A DNA stretch of 62,076 nucleotides, the filler included, from an uncultured bacterium (GTDB taxonomy: Bacteria > Hinthialibacterota > Hinthialibacteria > Hinthialibacterales > Hinthialibacteraceae): NCBI GenBank assembly GCA_964449065.1. It is 12 parts of 12 records of this genome, joined end to end, with 100 filler letters (N's around TTAATTAATTAA, not from the genome) between each part and the next. Parts side by side here need not be neighbours in the genome. Positions count along the whole stretch, not along the records: positions 52,075 to 57,055 come from CAYVAZ010000359.1; positions 57,156 to 62,076 come from CAYVAZ010000360.1; 10 more parts are not named here. The stretch is one strand, 5' to 3'. Positions 52,280-62,072 of this stretch are shown here, piece after piece. The notes beneath the pieces were generated by a model. The model made no database searches, was not told where the DNA came from, and was given only the letters and a program-made list of their open reading frames with translations. Made by a program: the position numbers and the translations under genes. Each line of letters begins with the position of its first letter. Position 1 is the stretch's first letter.

Positions 52280-53731
52280 ATGAAGCCAATTATTGATCGA
52301 ACATTTACTGTATGTTTTATTTGCTTATGTACTTTAGCTTTCAGCTATTCCAACCAGCATGAAGAAGAGAAAGTGCTGAAGGCGGGGACGTTTGCCAGCA
52401 ACATTACCCCGGCGCTGGGGGGGATGATTATCGGCGGCTGGCAGCCAATTCCCGCAACACATGTGCATGATGATCTTCACGCGCGGTGTTTGGTTTTGGA
52501 TAACGGAGAGATGCAAATGGTATTTGTGGTGTGCGACAACTTAGGGCTGCCGCGCGATTTGTGCGATGCCGCGAAAAAATTAATTGAAGAACGAACGGGT
52601 ATCCCTCCGCAGCAGGTTATGATTTCGGCGACCCATACGCATTCGGCGGTGACGGCGCGGGGTGAGAACGCGATGGAGTATTATGATGAGTTCACCGGGT
52701 ATCAGCAGTTCATCATCACGCGCATCGCGGATGGAGTGCAAACCGCTCTGCACAATCTTGAGCCGGCACGCATAGGGTGGGGCAGCGCAAATGAGCCGTC
52801 ATCGGTGTTTAACCGCCGCTGGTTTATAAACCCGGAACAGCCGCCGCGAAACCCGTTCGGCGGGGTAGACCGCGTGCAAATGAATCCGCCGCGGGAGAGT
52901 GAAGACTTAGTGGAGCCTGCGGGTCCGGTTGACCCGGAAGTGGTGTTTTTGTCTGTGCAATCAATGGATGGCGATCCGATTGCGCTGCTGGCGAACTATT
53001 CACTGCATTATGTAGGCGGTGTGGAGAGGGGGGCGGTTTCTGCTGACTATTTCGCGATCTTTGCCGAGAGAATAGGGGATTTGCTGCACGCGGATTATGC
53101 CGACCCGCCGTTTGTAGGGATGATGAGCAACGGCACCAGCGGGGATATCAACAACATCAACTTCCGCAAGAAATCGGAGCGGAAGGCCCCTTATGAGCAG
53201 ATGGAAAAAGTGGCGGATGAAGTGGCGCGTGTCGTCTATGATGCGCACCGGGATATTGAATTTCATGACTGGGTGCCTCTTGGAGTTGTACAAAATGAGT
53301 TGACGCTGAAGGTAAGAAAACCCACTGATGGAGAGGTCGCGTATTTTCGGAATGTATTGAACAAACCGGAAGACGCACAGCCCTATCACCGTTATGAACG
53401 CATTTACGCCAAGCGTGTGATGCAGCTGCATGAGTCACCGGATGAAGTCGAAATCATCTTGCAGACGTTTCGGATTGGGGAATTGGGGATCACCACCATA
53501 CCGTTTGAGGTGTTTGTGGAAATCGGGTTGGAACTGAAGGAAAAGAATCCGTTTGAGGAATCGTTCACGATTTCGCTGGCGAATGGGTCGTACGGATATT
53601 TGCCAACCTATGAGCAGTTTGAATTAGGCGGCTATGAGACCTGGATGGGAACAAACAAGGTAGAGCGCGAGGCATCGCAAAAGATTGTGGATGTATTGTT
53701 GGAAGCGTTGGGGGAATTGCAAGGAAATTGA
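52280..53731 (+). CDS. Neutral/alkaline ceramidase N-terminal domain-containing protein
   Basis: HDDLHARCLVL, SATHTHS, NYSLH, SADY and LANG.YGYLPT..GGYE motifs. Confidence 0.8.
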   Translation: MKPIIDRTFTVCFICLCTLAFSYSNQHEEEKVLKAGTFASNITPALGGMIIGGWQPIPATHVHDDLHARCLVLDNGEMQMVFVVCDNLGLPRDLCDAAKKLIEERTGIPPQQVMISATHTHSAVTARGENAMEYYDEFTGYQQFIITRIADGVQTALHNLEPARIGWGSANEPSSVFNRRWFINPEQPPRNPFGGVDRVQMNPPRESEDLVEPAGPVDPEVVFLSVQSMDGDPIALLANYSLHYVGGVERGAVSADYFAIFAERIGDLLHADYADPPFVGMMSNGTSGDINNINFRKKSERKAPYEQMEKVADEVARVVYDAHRDIEFHDWVPLGVVQNELTLKVRKPTDGEVAYFRNVLNKPEDAQPYHRYERIYAKRVMQLHESPDEVEIILQTFRIGELGITTIPFEVFVEIGLELKEKNPFEESFTISLANGSYGYLPTYEQFELGGYETWMGTNKVEREASQKIVDVLLEALGELQGN

Positions 53732-53783
53732 ATAGGCGAATTGATGCTGTGCCGTTATACTATTGATAAATATACAGGGAGAC

Positions 53784-54050
53784 ATGAAGATGGTTTTATC
53801 GATAGAAGGTGTATACCGGGATGGGAAAGTCGAATTGTCTGAGCAACCCAAGGGAATCCAGAATGAGACGAAGGTATTGGTAACGTTTATCAAACCGGGA
53901 GAGGTGGATTTGTCTGCGGTTGGAATCAATCCGGATCAGGCAAACGATTTGCGGGCGAGGTTATCCACATTTGAAGACGAATGGGAATGTCCTGAGATGG
54001 ATGTGTATGATCATTATGAAGAATCGAAATCGAAGTTACAACAGGGGTGA
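53784..54050 (+). CDS. Putative antitoxin (DUF104-like N-terminus)
   Basis: IEGVYRDGKVEL...VLVTF; acidic W..P.MDVYD tail; overlaps the PemK gene. Confidence 0.65.
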   Translation: MKMVLSIEGVYRDGKVELSEQPKGIQNETKVLVTFIKPGEVDLSAVGINPDQANDLRARLSTFEDEWECPEMDVYDHYEESKSKLQQG

Positions 54051-54375
54051 TGTTGTTCTTGTTTTATATCCCCATTCCAATTTAGTTTCTGCAAAAACAC
54101 GGCCTGCATTGGTTATTCAAAACGACAATATCCATACAGGTTTGACACAATATATTGTGTACATGATTACAAGTAACGTCAGCCGTGCGGGGCATTCGAG
54201 CCGAGTATTCGTTGCGTTATCTTCTTCGAATGGAAAGCGATCGGGATTGTTAAGTGATTCCGTAGTGATGACAGATAATATTGCGACTGTCAAGGAAACG
54301 GAAATTTATAAGAAGATTGGTACGTTGCAAATGAAAGAAATAGATAACGCACTGCGATTCACTTTGAACCTTTAA
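54016..54375 (+). CDS. PemK/MazF-family toxin
   Basis: RGDVVLV.YP, KTRPALVIQ, ITS, GL..DS and IDNALR motifs. Confidence 0.88.
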   Translation: MKNRNRSYNRGDVVLVLYPHSNLVSAKTRPALVIQNDNIHTGLTQYIVYMITSNVSRAGHSSRVFVALSSSNGKRSGLLSDSVVMTDNIATVKETEIYKKIGTLQMKEIDNALRFTLNL

Positions 54376-54399
54376 TGTTTAGCGGCCTTACGGAATTAG

Positions 54400-54891
54400 A
54401 TGACATTAACTTTTTTGCCAAATATATATCTTGAAACTTCAGTGATCAGTTATCTAACTGCACGGCCTAGTAAGAATGTTATTTCACTCGCCAGACAATC
54501 GATCACGAAAGAATGGTGAGAAAATTCACAAAGTAAATATGATTTTTATATTTCTGCATTAATTATCAAAGAAGCTCAAGCAGGTGACAGAGAGGCTTCC
54601 AAAAAAAGGCTTGAATTTGTATCGAAATTTTCTGTTTTGAATATCAATAATGAAGTAGAATATGTTGCAAAACTTATAGTAGAACGGGGTATTATTTCCC
54701 ATAATTACGAGGATGACTCACTACATATTGCCATTGCAGCGATACATGGAATGGATTATCTACTCACTTGGAATTTTCATCACATCAACAATGTTGAAGT
54801 GAAAAAACAATGCAATCAAATCTTCGAATCGATGGGGATAGAATGCCCTACAATATGTTCGCCTAAAGAAATTGAAGGAATTCAACGATGA
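54400..54891 (+). pseudogene. VapC/PIN toxin with an internal TGA
   Basis: [16 protein letters not shown]...TKEW*...DSLHIAIAAIHGMDYLLTWNFHHI; TGA at 54517-54519 where the family usually has WW. Confidence 0.8.
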
Positions 54892-55064
54892 AACCGGACC
54901 CAATCATACAAGAATTACACAAGATACGGGAAAAACACGCAGAAGAATTTCAGAACGATCTATCTGCCATTTGTGTGGATCTTAAAAAGATTGAAAAAGA
55001 ATGCGGGCAACGTGTTGTGTCCTTTGAACCGAAAAGAAAAGATACGGCTAACACCAACAAGTGA
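54888..55064 (+). CDS. Small PIN-partner protein (putative antitoxin), 58 aa
   Basis: MKPDPIIQELHKIREKHAEEF..DL; ATGA overlap with PIN. Confidence 0.7.
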   Translation: MKPDPIIQELHKIREKHAEEFQNDLSAICVDLKKIEKECGQRVVSFEPKRKDTANTNK

Positions 55065-55067
55065 TGT

Positions 55068-55403
55068 TTAAGAGATTTGAATCGGCTCCAATCGTTCTAT
55101 CTCTTTCCCCCGTTCACTTCTCATGGCGTGCCATAGGTCCCAGTCTTGTTGCAGGCCGAGCCAGAAATCCGCCGGCATCCCCAGTACTTTATCTAAGCGT
55201 AATGTGGTATCGGGCGTGACGGACCGCTTTCCGCGAATGATTTCGTTCAACCGGGGAAACGATACCCCTAAGCGGATAGCGAATTCGGATTGGCTGATGT
55301 TCATGGGGTTCAGAAATTCTTCCAACAGCATCTCACCAGGATGAGTGGGCGGTCTGTTTTGGGGTAAATGTTCTTGCCATTGTTTTTTAATCATTTTTAT
55401 CAT
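55068..55403 (-). CDS. higA: HigA antitoxin (orphan copy)
   Basis: PTHPGEML.EEFL...NEIIRGKRSVTPDT..RL...FWLGLQ. Confidence 0.88.
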   Translation of the reverse strand: MIKMIKKQWQEHLPQNRPPTHPGEMLLEEFLNPMNISQSEFAIRLGVSFPRLNEIIRGKRSVTPDTTLRLDKVLGMPADFWLGLQQDWDLWHAMRSERGKEIERLEPIQIS

Positions 55404-55531
55404 GAAATATGGTATCCTGCAATTTAATCGGTTGCAATAATCTCTGTAATTTACCGGTTTTTAAATCACAATCAACATGCTTTTGAATCTATGGTATAAT
55501 TCATACAAAAAATTCAGACGGGTGGAATGGC

Positions 55532-55798
55532 ATGAAATACACAGCGGTGGTATTAAAAGAAGACGATGGCAGGTTTTCCGCGATTGTTCCTTCGTTGAAT
55601 CATACGGCCAGTTTTGGGGATTCGATTGAAGAGGCGTTGCGGATGGTTCAGGAAGCGGCCGAACTTTATGTGGAAACCGTATTCGATGATCCATCAAAAC
55701 TGCCGGATGATAATCCGGTTGTGGAAGTTGATATGAGTGAGTATGACGAGGCATTTATATACAAAATTGAAATAGGAGAGTCCATATCCGTTGCCTAA
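55532..55798 (+). CDS. hicB: HicB antitoxin
   Basis: F.A.VPSL...SFGDSIEEAL..EA.ELY. Confidence 0.88.
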   Translation: MKYTAVVLKEDDGRFSAIVPSLNHTASFGDSIEEALRMVQEAAELYVETVFDDPSKLPDDNPVVEVDMSEYDEAFIYKIEIGESISVA

Positions 55799-56018
55799 AC
55801 TTCCAGTGTTAACTGCCCAAAAGGTGATTTCGGTTTTGGAAAAGCAGGGGTTCCAGTATCAAAGACAAAAAGGAAGCCATAGAATATTTGCACATCCATC
55901 CACTGGTCAAGTTGTCGTTGTTCCTGTAGATAAGGGCAAGGATATTCCTCCGGCCACGCTTAGAAGTATTTTGAAACAAGCCAATCTTGAAGTTGAAGAG
56001 TTTCTTGATCTTTTATAG
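55791..56018 (+). CDS. hicA: HicA toxin
   Basis: LEKQGF...QKGSH...VVP..GKDIPPATLRSILKQA. Confidence 0.9.
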   Translation: MPKLPVLTAQKVISVLEKQGFQYQRQKGSHRIFAHPSTGQVVVVPVDKGKDIPPATLRSILKQANLEVEEFLDLL

Positions 56019-56484
56019 AGTTGTTATCGGCTCCAATCGTTCTATCTCTTTCACTCGTTCACTTCTCATGGCGTGCCAAAGGTCCCAGTCTTGTTGCAGG
56101 CCGAGCCAAAAATCCGCCGGCATCCCCAGTACTTTATCCAAGCGCAGTGCGGTATCAGGGGTAACGGAACGCTTTCCGCGAATGATTTCGTTCAACCGGG
56201 GAAACGATACCCCTAAGCGGATAGNNNNNNNNNNNNNNNNNNNNNNNNNNNNNNNNNNNNNNNNNNNNNNNNNNNNNNNNNNNNNNNNNNNNNNNNNNNN
56301 NNNNNNNNNNNNNNNNNNNNNNNNCGAATTCGGATTGGCTGATGTTCATGGGTTTCAGAAATTCTTCCAGCAACATCTCGCCGGGATGAGTGGGCGGTCT
56401 GTTTTGGGGTAGCCGTCTTGATGAGAATGCTGGAATAGTATTTGATTTAGTGGTAATCTGTGATTTCAACTTCGCAGGCATCAT
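56013..56484 (-). CDS. higA: HigA antitoxin (copy 2; spans an N-gap of apparent zero length)
   Basis: Near-identical to 55068-55403; the gap flanks (cggatag | cgaattc) are contiguous in copy 1. Confidence 0.8.
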
Positions 56485-56570
56485 TTTGCTCCCATGTAAA
56501 ACAAATTCGGTATTGATCGTTAATCCTTATACTATATTGACCTGCTCTATCATCTCTCAGTTTTTCTAAA
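56447..56570 (-). pseudogene. higB: HigB toxin C-terminal remnant
   Basis: LEKLRDDRAGQYSIRINDQYRICFTW...VEITDYH; N-terminal half missing. Confidence 0.8.
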
Positions 56571-56683
56571 ACGAGAACCGTTATAAAATGCAAGAAGTTT
56601 TTATTTAAACCGAATAAAGATTTGAACTTCAATGATTTTAACTATAATCGCAAGAGTATATCTATTCGAATTGAGGTGAATTA

Positions 56684-57055
56684 ATGGTGCAATTGGCGGA
56701 GCGGACGAAGCGGATTGATTCGTCCGGCATACGGAAGGTGTTTGCGTTGGCGGCGGAGTTGGATGACCCGGTGAATTTATCCATCGGGCAGCCGCATTTT
56801 GATGTTCCTGAAACCGTGAAACAGAAGGCGATTGAAGCGATCCAAAGCGGGAAGAACTCGTACACGCTGACAGCCGGGGTTCCTGAATTGCGGGAGAAGA
56901 TTCAAGAGGATTACCGCGGGCGGGGGATTGATGACGGCGATGTGATGATTACGTCCGGCGTTTCGGGCGGGATCATCCTGAGTTTTTTGGCGCTGCTGAA
57001 TGAGGGGGATGAGATCATTGTCCCCGACCCGTATTTTGTGATGTACAAGCATCTC
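56684..57055 (+). CDS. Class I/II PLP aminotransferase, 3' truncated
   Basis: NLSIGQPHF, Y...GVPELR and GDEIIVPDPYF motifs. Confidence 0.88.
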
Positions 57056-57426
57056 NNNNNNNNNNNNNNNNNNNNNNNNNNNNNNNNNNNNNNNNNNNNT
57101 TAATTAATTAANNNNNNNNNNNNNNNNNNNNNNNNNNNNNNNNNNNNNNNNNNNNAACCCCTCCCACCTTTGGGAGGGGAAATTTCTCTTCAAGCGGCTG
57201 ACCTATTACTGAAAACATAACATTCGAGATTAATGGTTAAACATTTACGGCGAATCCATGATAGGGGCACATTGCCATATGCCCCTATCGTTTTTATTGG
57301 CGGTATACTGTCCGAAGTTCTACTCTCCAATCTCTAAAAATATGATGCGTAACATATTCAGAAATGATTTGGAGTATGATAAAATAATCCCATATTTTTA
57401 TTGATATGAATATGTTGGCCGGGTAA

Positions 57427-58515
57427 ATGATCTCAAAATACTTATTGTGTGTAATCGTCTTAATGCTGGAAGTGAGCAATGCTATGAGCCAAGAACTATT
57501 GTTTGGTCAAATGGAACCGTTTGTTTATCCGGTTCCCGAATCCGCAACCGCCTGGGAAGAAGAAAAACCCATCCTCCGCAAAAAACTCCGCAGACTCTTG
57601 GGAGATTTGCCACCCTTATTCACACCCAAACCGCTGGTCACCGATGTTGAATTCTACGATGGTTTTAAACTGGAAAAATTCCACTTCGATAATCGCGCAG
57701 GCCATATCGTCTTTGGCTATACCGTCATTCCCGAGGGAAGAGAAACCCCCGGCCCCGCCATCCTCTACCACCACTACCACGGCGGTGAATACAACAACGG
57801 CAAAAGCGAAATTCTCAAGCCCTGGATCATAGACAAAGCCCCGGCCAAAGCACTCGCGGATGCCGGATATGTGGTTGTGGCTATCGACGCCTACGGCTTC
57901 GGCCAGCGTAAATACCAAGGCCCGGCTGGAGAACGGGAATTCGGTGGCAGGGCGGAAGCAGCCCTCTTTAAAAGCTTCATCTGGCAAGGCAAAACCTTAT
58001 GGGGTATGATCATCCGCGATGACATGCTCGCGTTGAACTATCTGCTATCCAAAACCGGTATCGTTGACCCCAACAAAGTCGGTGCCATGGGCATGAGCAT
58101 GGGCAGTACCAGAACATGGTGGCTCTCCGCGCTGGATGAACGCATCCAAGCCTCTGCCTGCGTGGCCTGCCTAACCCGCTATCAAACGCTCCTAAAAACC
58201 GGCAACATCAACGAACACGGCATCTACTATTTTGTCCCGGATATTCTCAAAGAAAAAATCGATATGGAAGCGGTTGTCGCCCTCTCCGCCCCCCGCCCGC
58301 TCATCACCCTCACCGGCAGCGATGATGCCGGTTCACCCGTTGAAGGAGTAAACGCAATCAATGCCTTTTGTTTGGATGTATATTCACTCTACAATGCTTC
58401 CGAAAACTTCTCCGGCAAAGTCTACGACGGCATAGGACACGAGTTCACCCCCGCCATGTGGGATGAAGCCATGCTATTTTTCGACAAACATCTTCTCTTA
58501 AAAGACGTACAATAA
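57427..58515 (+). CDS. Alpha/beta hydrolase (dienelactone hydrolase-like)
   Basis: GMSMG nucleophile elbow; APRPL...G..D and GHEF motifs. Confidence 0.82.
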   Translation: MISKYLLCVIVLMLEVSNAMSQELLFGQMEPFVYPVPESATAWEEEKPILRKKLRRLLGDLPPLFTPKPLVTDVEFYDGFKLEKFHFDNRAGHIVFGYTVIPEGRETPGPAILYHHYHGGEYNNGKSEILKPWIIDKAPAKALADAGYVVVAIDAYGFGQRKYQGPAGEREFGGRAEAALFKSFIWQGKTLWGMIIRDDMLALNYLLSKTGIVDPNKVGAMGMSMGSTRTWWLSALDERIQASACVACLTRYQTLLKTGNINEHGIYYFVPDILKEKIDMEAVVALSAPRPLITLTGSDDAGSPVEGVNAINAFCLDVYSLYNASENFSGKVYDGIGHEFTPAMWDEAMLFFDKHLLLKDVQ

Positions 58516-58716
58516 AAATTCTTAGAGAGGGGGAGCGTCGGCTGCCAGCCGGTCCAACATGCCATCCGTATTTTTTACATTTTTTCACCGTTCCAACAGA
58601 TTCTTAGGTTTCCCTATAATCGTTGCTGTAGGTACGAAATACAATATAAAATAAACTTCATTTTTTCCAATCCCCAACTACAATGCCCTCAATAAACATC
58701 GCTTAAAGGAATAACA

Positions 58717-59757
58717 ATGGCCGTTTTACCGCCTCGACCCATAAAACCGGAATACGCCTTCCCAAAAGTAATGCTCGCACCTGTTGCCGGCATTACCGAC
58801 CGCCCCACGCGTGAAATTGCGCGTTCATTCGGCTGTCCGTTAACCTTTTCCGAATTAATCAGCGCCCGCGGTTTAAAAGAAAAGAACCAAGGCACCTGGC
58901 ACATGCTCGAAGAATGTAAGGATGAATACCCGCTCGTCGTGCAGCTCTTCGGCAGTGATCCGGACCACATCTACGACGCGGTACGCCATGTCGAAGACCA
59001 AGGCATCCAGGGAGTCAACCTGAATCTAGGCTGTCCGGTACGAAAGGTGTTCAAAAACAAGTCCGGCTGCGGATTAACCATCTTCCCCACGCAACTGGTT
59101 AAAGTAATTCGCGCTATGCGCCAAGCTACGGATATCAACCTCACCGTAAAAATCCGTGCAGGAGTGAATCACAAATCCCTTAACTACCGCATGATTGGTG
59201 ATATCGCGCAAGGCGAAGGCTGTGACGGCATCATCATCCACGCCCGCACCCGCATGATGGGCTTCGGCGGCACTGCCGATTGGAGCTGGATCGCTGATTT
59301 AAAAGACTATCTGGATATCCCCGTCATCGGCAATGGCGATGTCGTTGATGCGCTCTCCGCCCAACGCATGATGGATCAAACCCAATGCGACGGCGTCATG
59401 ATCGCGCGCGGTTCCTACGGAAACCCCTGGCTTTTTCGTGAAATCAACCACTATTTCGAACACGGCGTGCAGCCCGAACCGCCAACCTTACGCGAACGCT
59501 ACGACACCATGTGCCGCCACCTGCACATGGCAGTCGAAATGAAAGGCGAACGCAAAGCCTTGCTTGAAATGCGCAAACAGTTCTGCTGGTACATCAAAGG
59601 CTTGCCCAACATCCGCATCCTGCGCGATATGTTCAACAAACTCGAAACCCTGAACGAAGTCATGGATGTCGCCCGTCAATGGTTTGAAAACGCAGGTGTC
59701 GATCCCGACAAACCCGCCTACAGCGAAAACGCCTCCGCCACAGTAAACGCCGCGTAA
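58717..59757 (+). CDS. dusB: tRNA-dihydrouridine synthase DusB
   Basis: LAPVAGITD, QLFG, LGCP, TVKIR, HART, IGNGD and GNPWLF motifs. Confidence 0.9.
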   Translation: MAVLPPRPIKPEYAFPKVMLAPVAGITDRPTREIARSFGCPLTFSELISARGLKEKNQGTWHMLEECKDEYPLVVQLFGSDPDHIYDAVRHVEDQGIQGVNLNLGCPVRKVFKNKSGCGLTIFPTQLVKVIRAMRQATDINLTVKIRAGVNHKSLNYRMIGDIAQGEGCDGIIIHARTRMMGFGGTADWSWIADLKDYLDIPVIGNGDVVDALSAQRMMDQTQCDGVMIARGSYGNPWLFREINHYFEHGVQPEPPTLRERYDTMCRHLHMAVEMKGERKALLEMRKQFCWYIKGLPNIRILRDMFNKLETLNEVMDVARQWFENAGVDPDKPAYSENASATVNAA

Positions 59758-59927
59758 TTAATGCGGCAATCCGAATGTTGGAGGAAAACACTCACGGCAG
59801 CCCGCTTTCGGGTCAATTTACTATGCAATCCTTCCAGATGAACTTAAAAAGTTGTATCAACCAAATTATTTGATACCATTACTCTTGGATAATCGTTTAT
59901 ACCAAAAACAACAATTGAGGATATACC

Positions 59928-61697
59928 ATGATGCGGGTTTGTTTTCCCTTTTTACTCTTTCTTTTTTGCGCAAGCACTACTTATGCGCAATTGGGCAATA
60001 CGGATGATTTATTCGTCTGGGATGTGGCGGTTGAACCGCAAACGGTAGAACAGGGACAACCGTTTCAAATCGAAGCCAAACTCTCCGTGGCCGAAAACCA
60101 TATCGTCTACCAACACATGACACAGTTAAGCGCTGAAGTTCCCGAAGGCTTCCAACTCGGAGAGCCGCAATACGCAGACCCGGTCGTAAAAGTCGATCCC
60201 ACCGATGGCAAGGAAAAAGAAGTTTTCATTAAGGATACAATGCATAAATTATCCATCCTCGCCACGCAAGATGTAGAACCAGGCGAGTATGAAATCAATG
60301 TGAAAATCGGCTATCAAGGCTGCTCACAAACCGTTTGCTATTTTCCCCAAGATAAAGAATTCCCCATCAAAGTAACCGTTACAAAAAGCACAGGCGGCGC
60401 TGTCAGCCAAGAGGAAATTGATTTTAGTCAATTCAAATCCAATAGTTTAACCGCTGCCGCAACAACAGAAGAAGACGATTTCTTCGCCCAAGGCTATCTG
60501 TGGACCTTCCTGACCGTCTTCGCTTTTGGTATTGCAACTTGCCTCACACCCTGCGTTTACCCCTTAATCCCCATCACCGTCTCCATCCTAGGCGCGCGCG
60601 AAAGCAAAAGCAAACTGCAAGCCTTTTCATTGGCATTCACCTACGTCATCGGCATTGTTGTTATGTATTCACTTCTTGGCTTCTTCGCCGCCAAAACCGG
60701 AGCCATCTTCGGCCAATTTTTGAGCAATCCCTGGGTCATCGGTTTCATTGTCACGATTTTCGTTGCGATGGGAGCTTCCATGTTGGGAGCGTTCGAACTG
60801 AGTGTTCCCTCATCCATTCAATCCAAACTTACATCCATGGGCGGCACAGGATACGGCAGCGCGTTCTTCATGGGCTTGGTTGCCGGCATCATTGCCGCAC
60901 CATGCACCGGCCCTGTATTGGTAGGAATCCTAACCTACGTCGCCACCAGCGGTAATTCCTTGCTTGGTATAACACTTCTGATGACCTACGCGTTTGGCTT
61001 AGGCCTGTTATTCCTTGTAATCGGCACGTTTTCCGGTCTCATCACCAAAATGCCCAAATCCGGCTCCTGGATGGAAGGCGTTAAAAGCCTCTTCGGTATC
61101 TTGCTGTTCGCGTTTGCGTTGTATTACCTCAAGCAAGTGATTGACATTCTTAACGCGCCACTTGATAACTCGACCATGAATTACATCATCGCCATTGTCT
61201 TATTTGGAATAGGAATAGCAGTCGGAGCGGTTCATTTATCCTACCACACACACAGTTTTAATGTCCGTCTGCGTAAAACGATTGGCGTGGCAGTGTGTGT
61301 GTTCGCCATGTATTTAGGAATCGGCAGTTTAACGGCAGTACAGGCCGCTGATATCGATTGGGTATACAATTTGGATGAAGGATTGGAAATCGCCAAACAG
61401 CAGAACAAACCTGTGATGATCGACTTCTATGCTGACTGGTGTACTGTTTGCAAACAAATCGAAGCCCAAACCTTCGCCGCCAATGAAGTTAGCGAAGAAC
61501 TCAAACGCTTCATTGCCATCAAAGTTGATTTAACCGACGACACCAAAGAAAACCAAGAAATCATGAAACTATTTAACATCAGAGGATTACCCCAAGTCAC
61601 CTTCTTCGATTCCAGTGGTAACCGCTTGGAGGATAAAAAAGTGGAAGAATTTATCAACAAAGACGATTTTCTGAAACGAATCGAAGATATTGAATAG
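59928..61697 (+). CDS. dsbD: Thiol:disulfide interchange protein DsbD
   Basis: YQGC...CYFP alpha domain; TPCVYP and PCTGP beta domain; ADWCTVCK gamma domain. Confidence 0.93.
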   Translation: MMRVCFPFLLFLFCASTTYAQLGNTDDLFVWDVAVEPQTVEQGQPFQIEAKLSVAENHIVYQHMTQLSAEVPEGFQLGEPQYADPVVKVDPTDGKEKEVFIKDTMHKLSILATQDVEPGEYEINVKIGYQGCSQTVCYFPQDKEFPIKVTVTKSTGGAVSQEEIDFSQFKSNSLTAAATTEEDDFFAQGYLWTFLTVFAFGIATCLTPCVYPLIPITVSILGARESKSKLQAFSLAFTYVIGIVVMYSLLGFFAAKTGAIFGQFLSNPWVIGFIVTIFVAMGASMLGAFELSVPSSIQSKLTSMGGTGYGSAFFMGLVAGIIAAPCTGPVLVGILTYVATSGNSLLGITLLMTYAFGLGLLFLVIGTFSGLITKMPKSGSWMEGVKSLFGILLFAFALYYLKQVIDILNAPLDNSTMNYIIAIVLFGIGIAVGAVHLSYHTHSFNVRLRKTIGVAVCVFAMYLGIGSLTAVQAADIDWVYNLDEGLEIAKQQNKPVMIDFYADWCTVCKQIEAQTFAANEVSEELKRFIAIKVDLTDDTKENQEIMKLFNIRGLPQVTFFDSSGNRLEDKKVEEFINKDDFLKRIEDIE

Positions 61698-61985
61698 AAA
61701 AGTAGGGTGCACCTCACAGGGTAGCACCGGCTTCCAGCCGGTACGTCAAACCGTTTGTATGGTTAGAGATATTCACGATTGGATAGATCGTATTCGCCGT
61801 TGTTGCCCCCTTATGAAGAAACGATTGGGGGGATTCGCGCCTCTCGATTTCGCTCCGGTCTCCACTGCTTTGCTTCCCCTCTCTGGGATCCCTTCCACCT
61901 CATGACCACAGAGAAAAGTGATATGTACCATGACGATATCGTTTTTAACTCCATTCCACCCTTCACCGAAGCATCGATAATAATC

Positions 61986-62072
61986 CATTATCCTAAAAAC
62001 AGTGATTAGTGGCAAGTGACGAGCACCGAACCCTCAGATAAAGCGTTGGGGGATATAGCGAAAGGCTAACAC
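61986..62072 (-). repeat. Repeat family E copy
   Basis: Reverse complement of 31537-31616 with a 7-bp insertion. Confidence 0.8.

Noticed and set aside
54517..54519. TGA at a Trp position, plus in-frame TAA/TAG in TA genes, suggesting stop-codon recoding
   Set aside because: TGA, TAA and TAG all end intact housekeeping genes here (e.g. S46 peptidase TGA, murB TAG, coaX TAA), and long genes have no internal stops; simple nonsense mutations explain it
54376..55052. Possible integron cassette (gtttagcggc upstream and cggctaac downstream of the PIN module)
   Set aside because: R boxes do not pair properly, no attC hairpin or L boxes follow, and there is no IntI
61690..62015. Short ORFs after dsbD
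   Set aside because: They run through REP/repeat DNA and show no protein motifs
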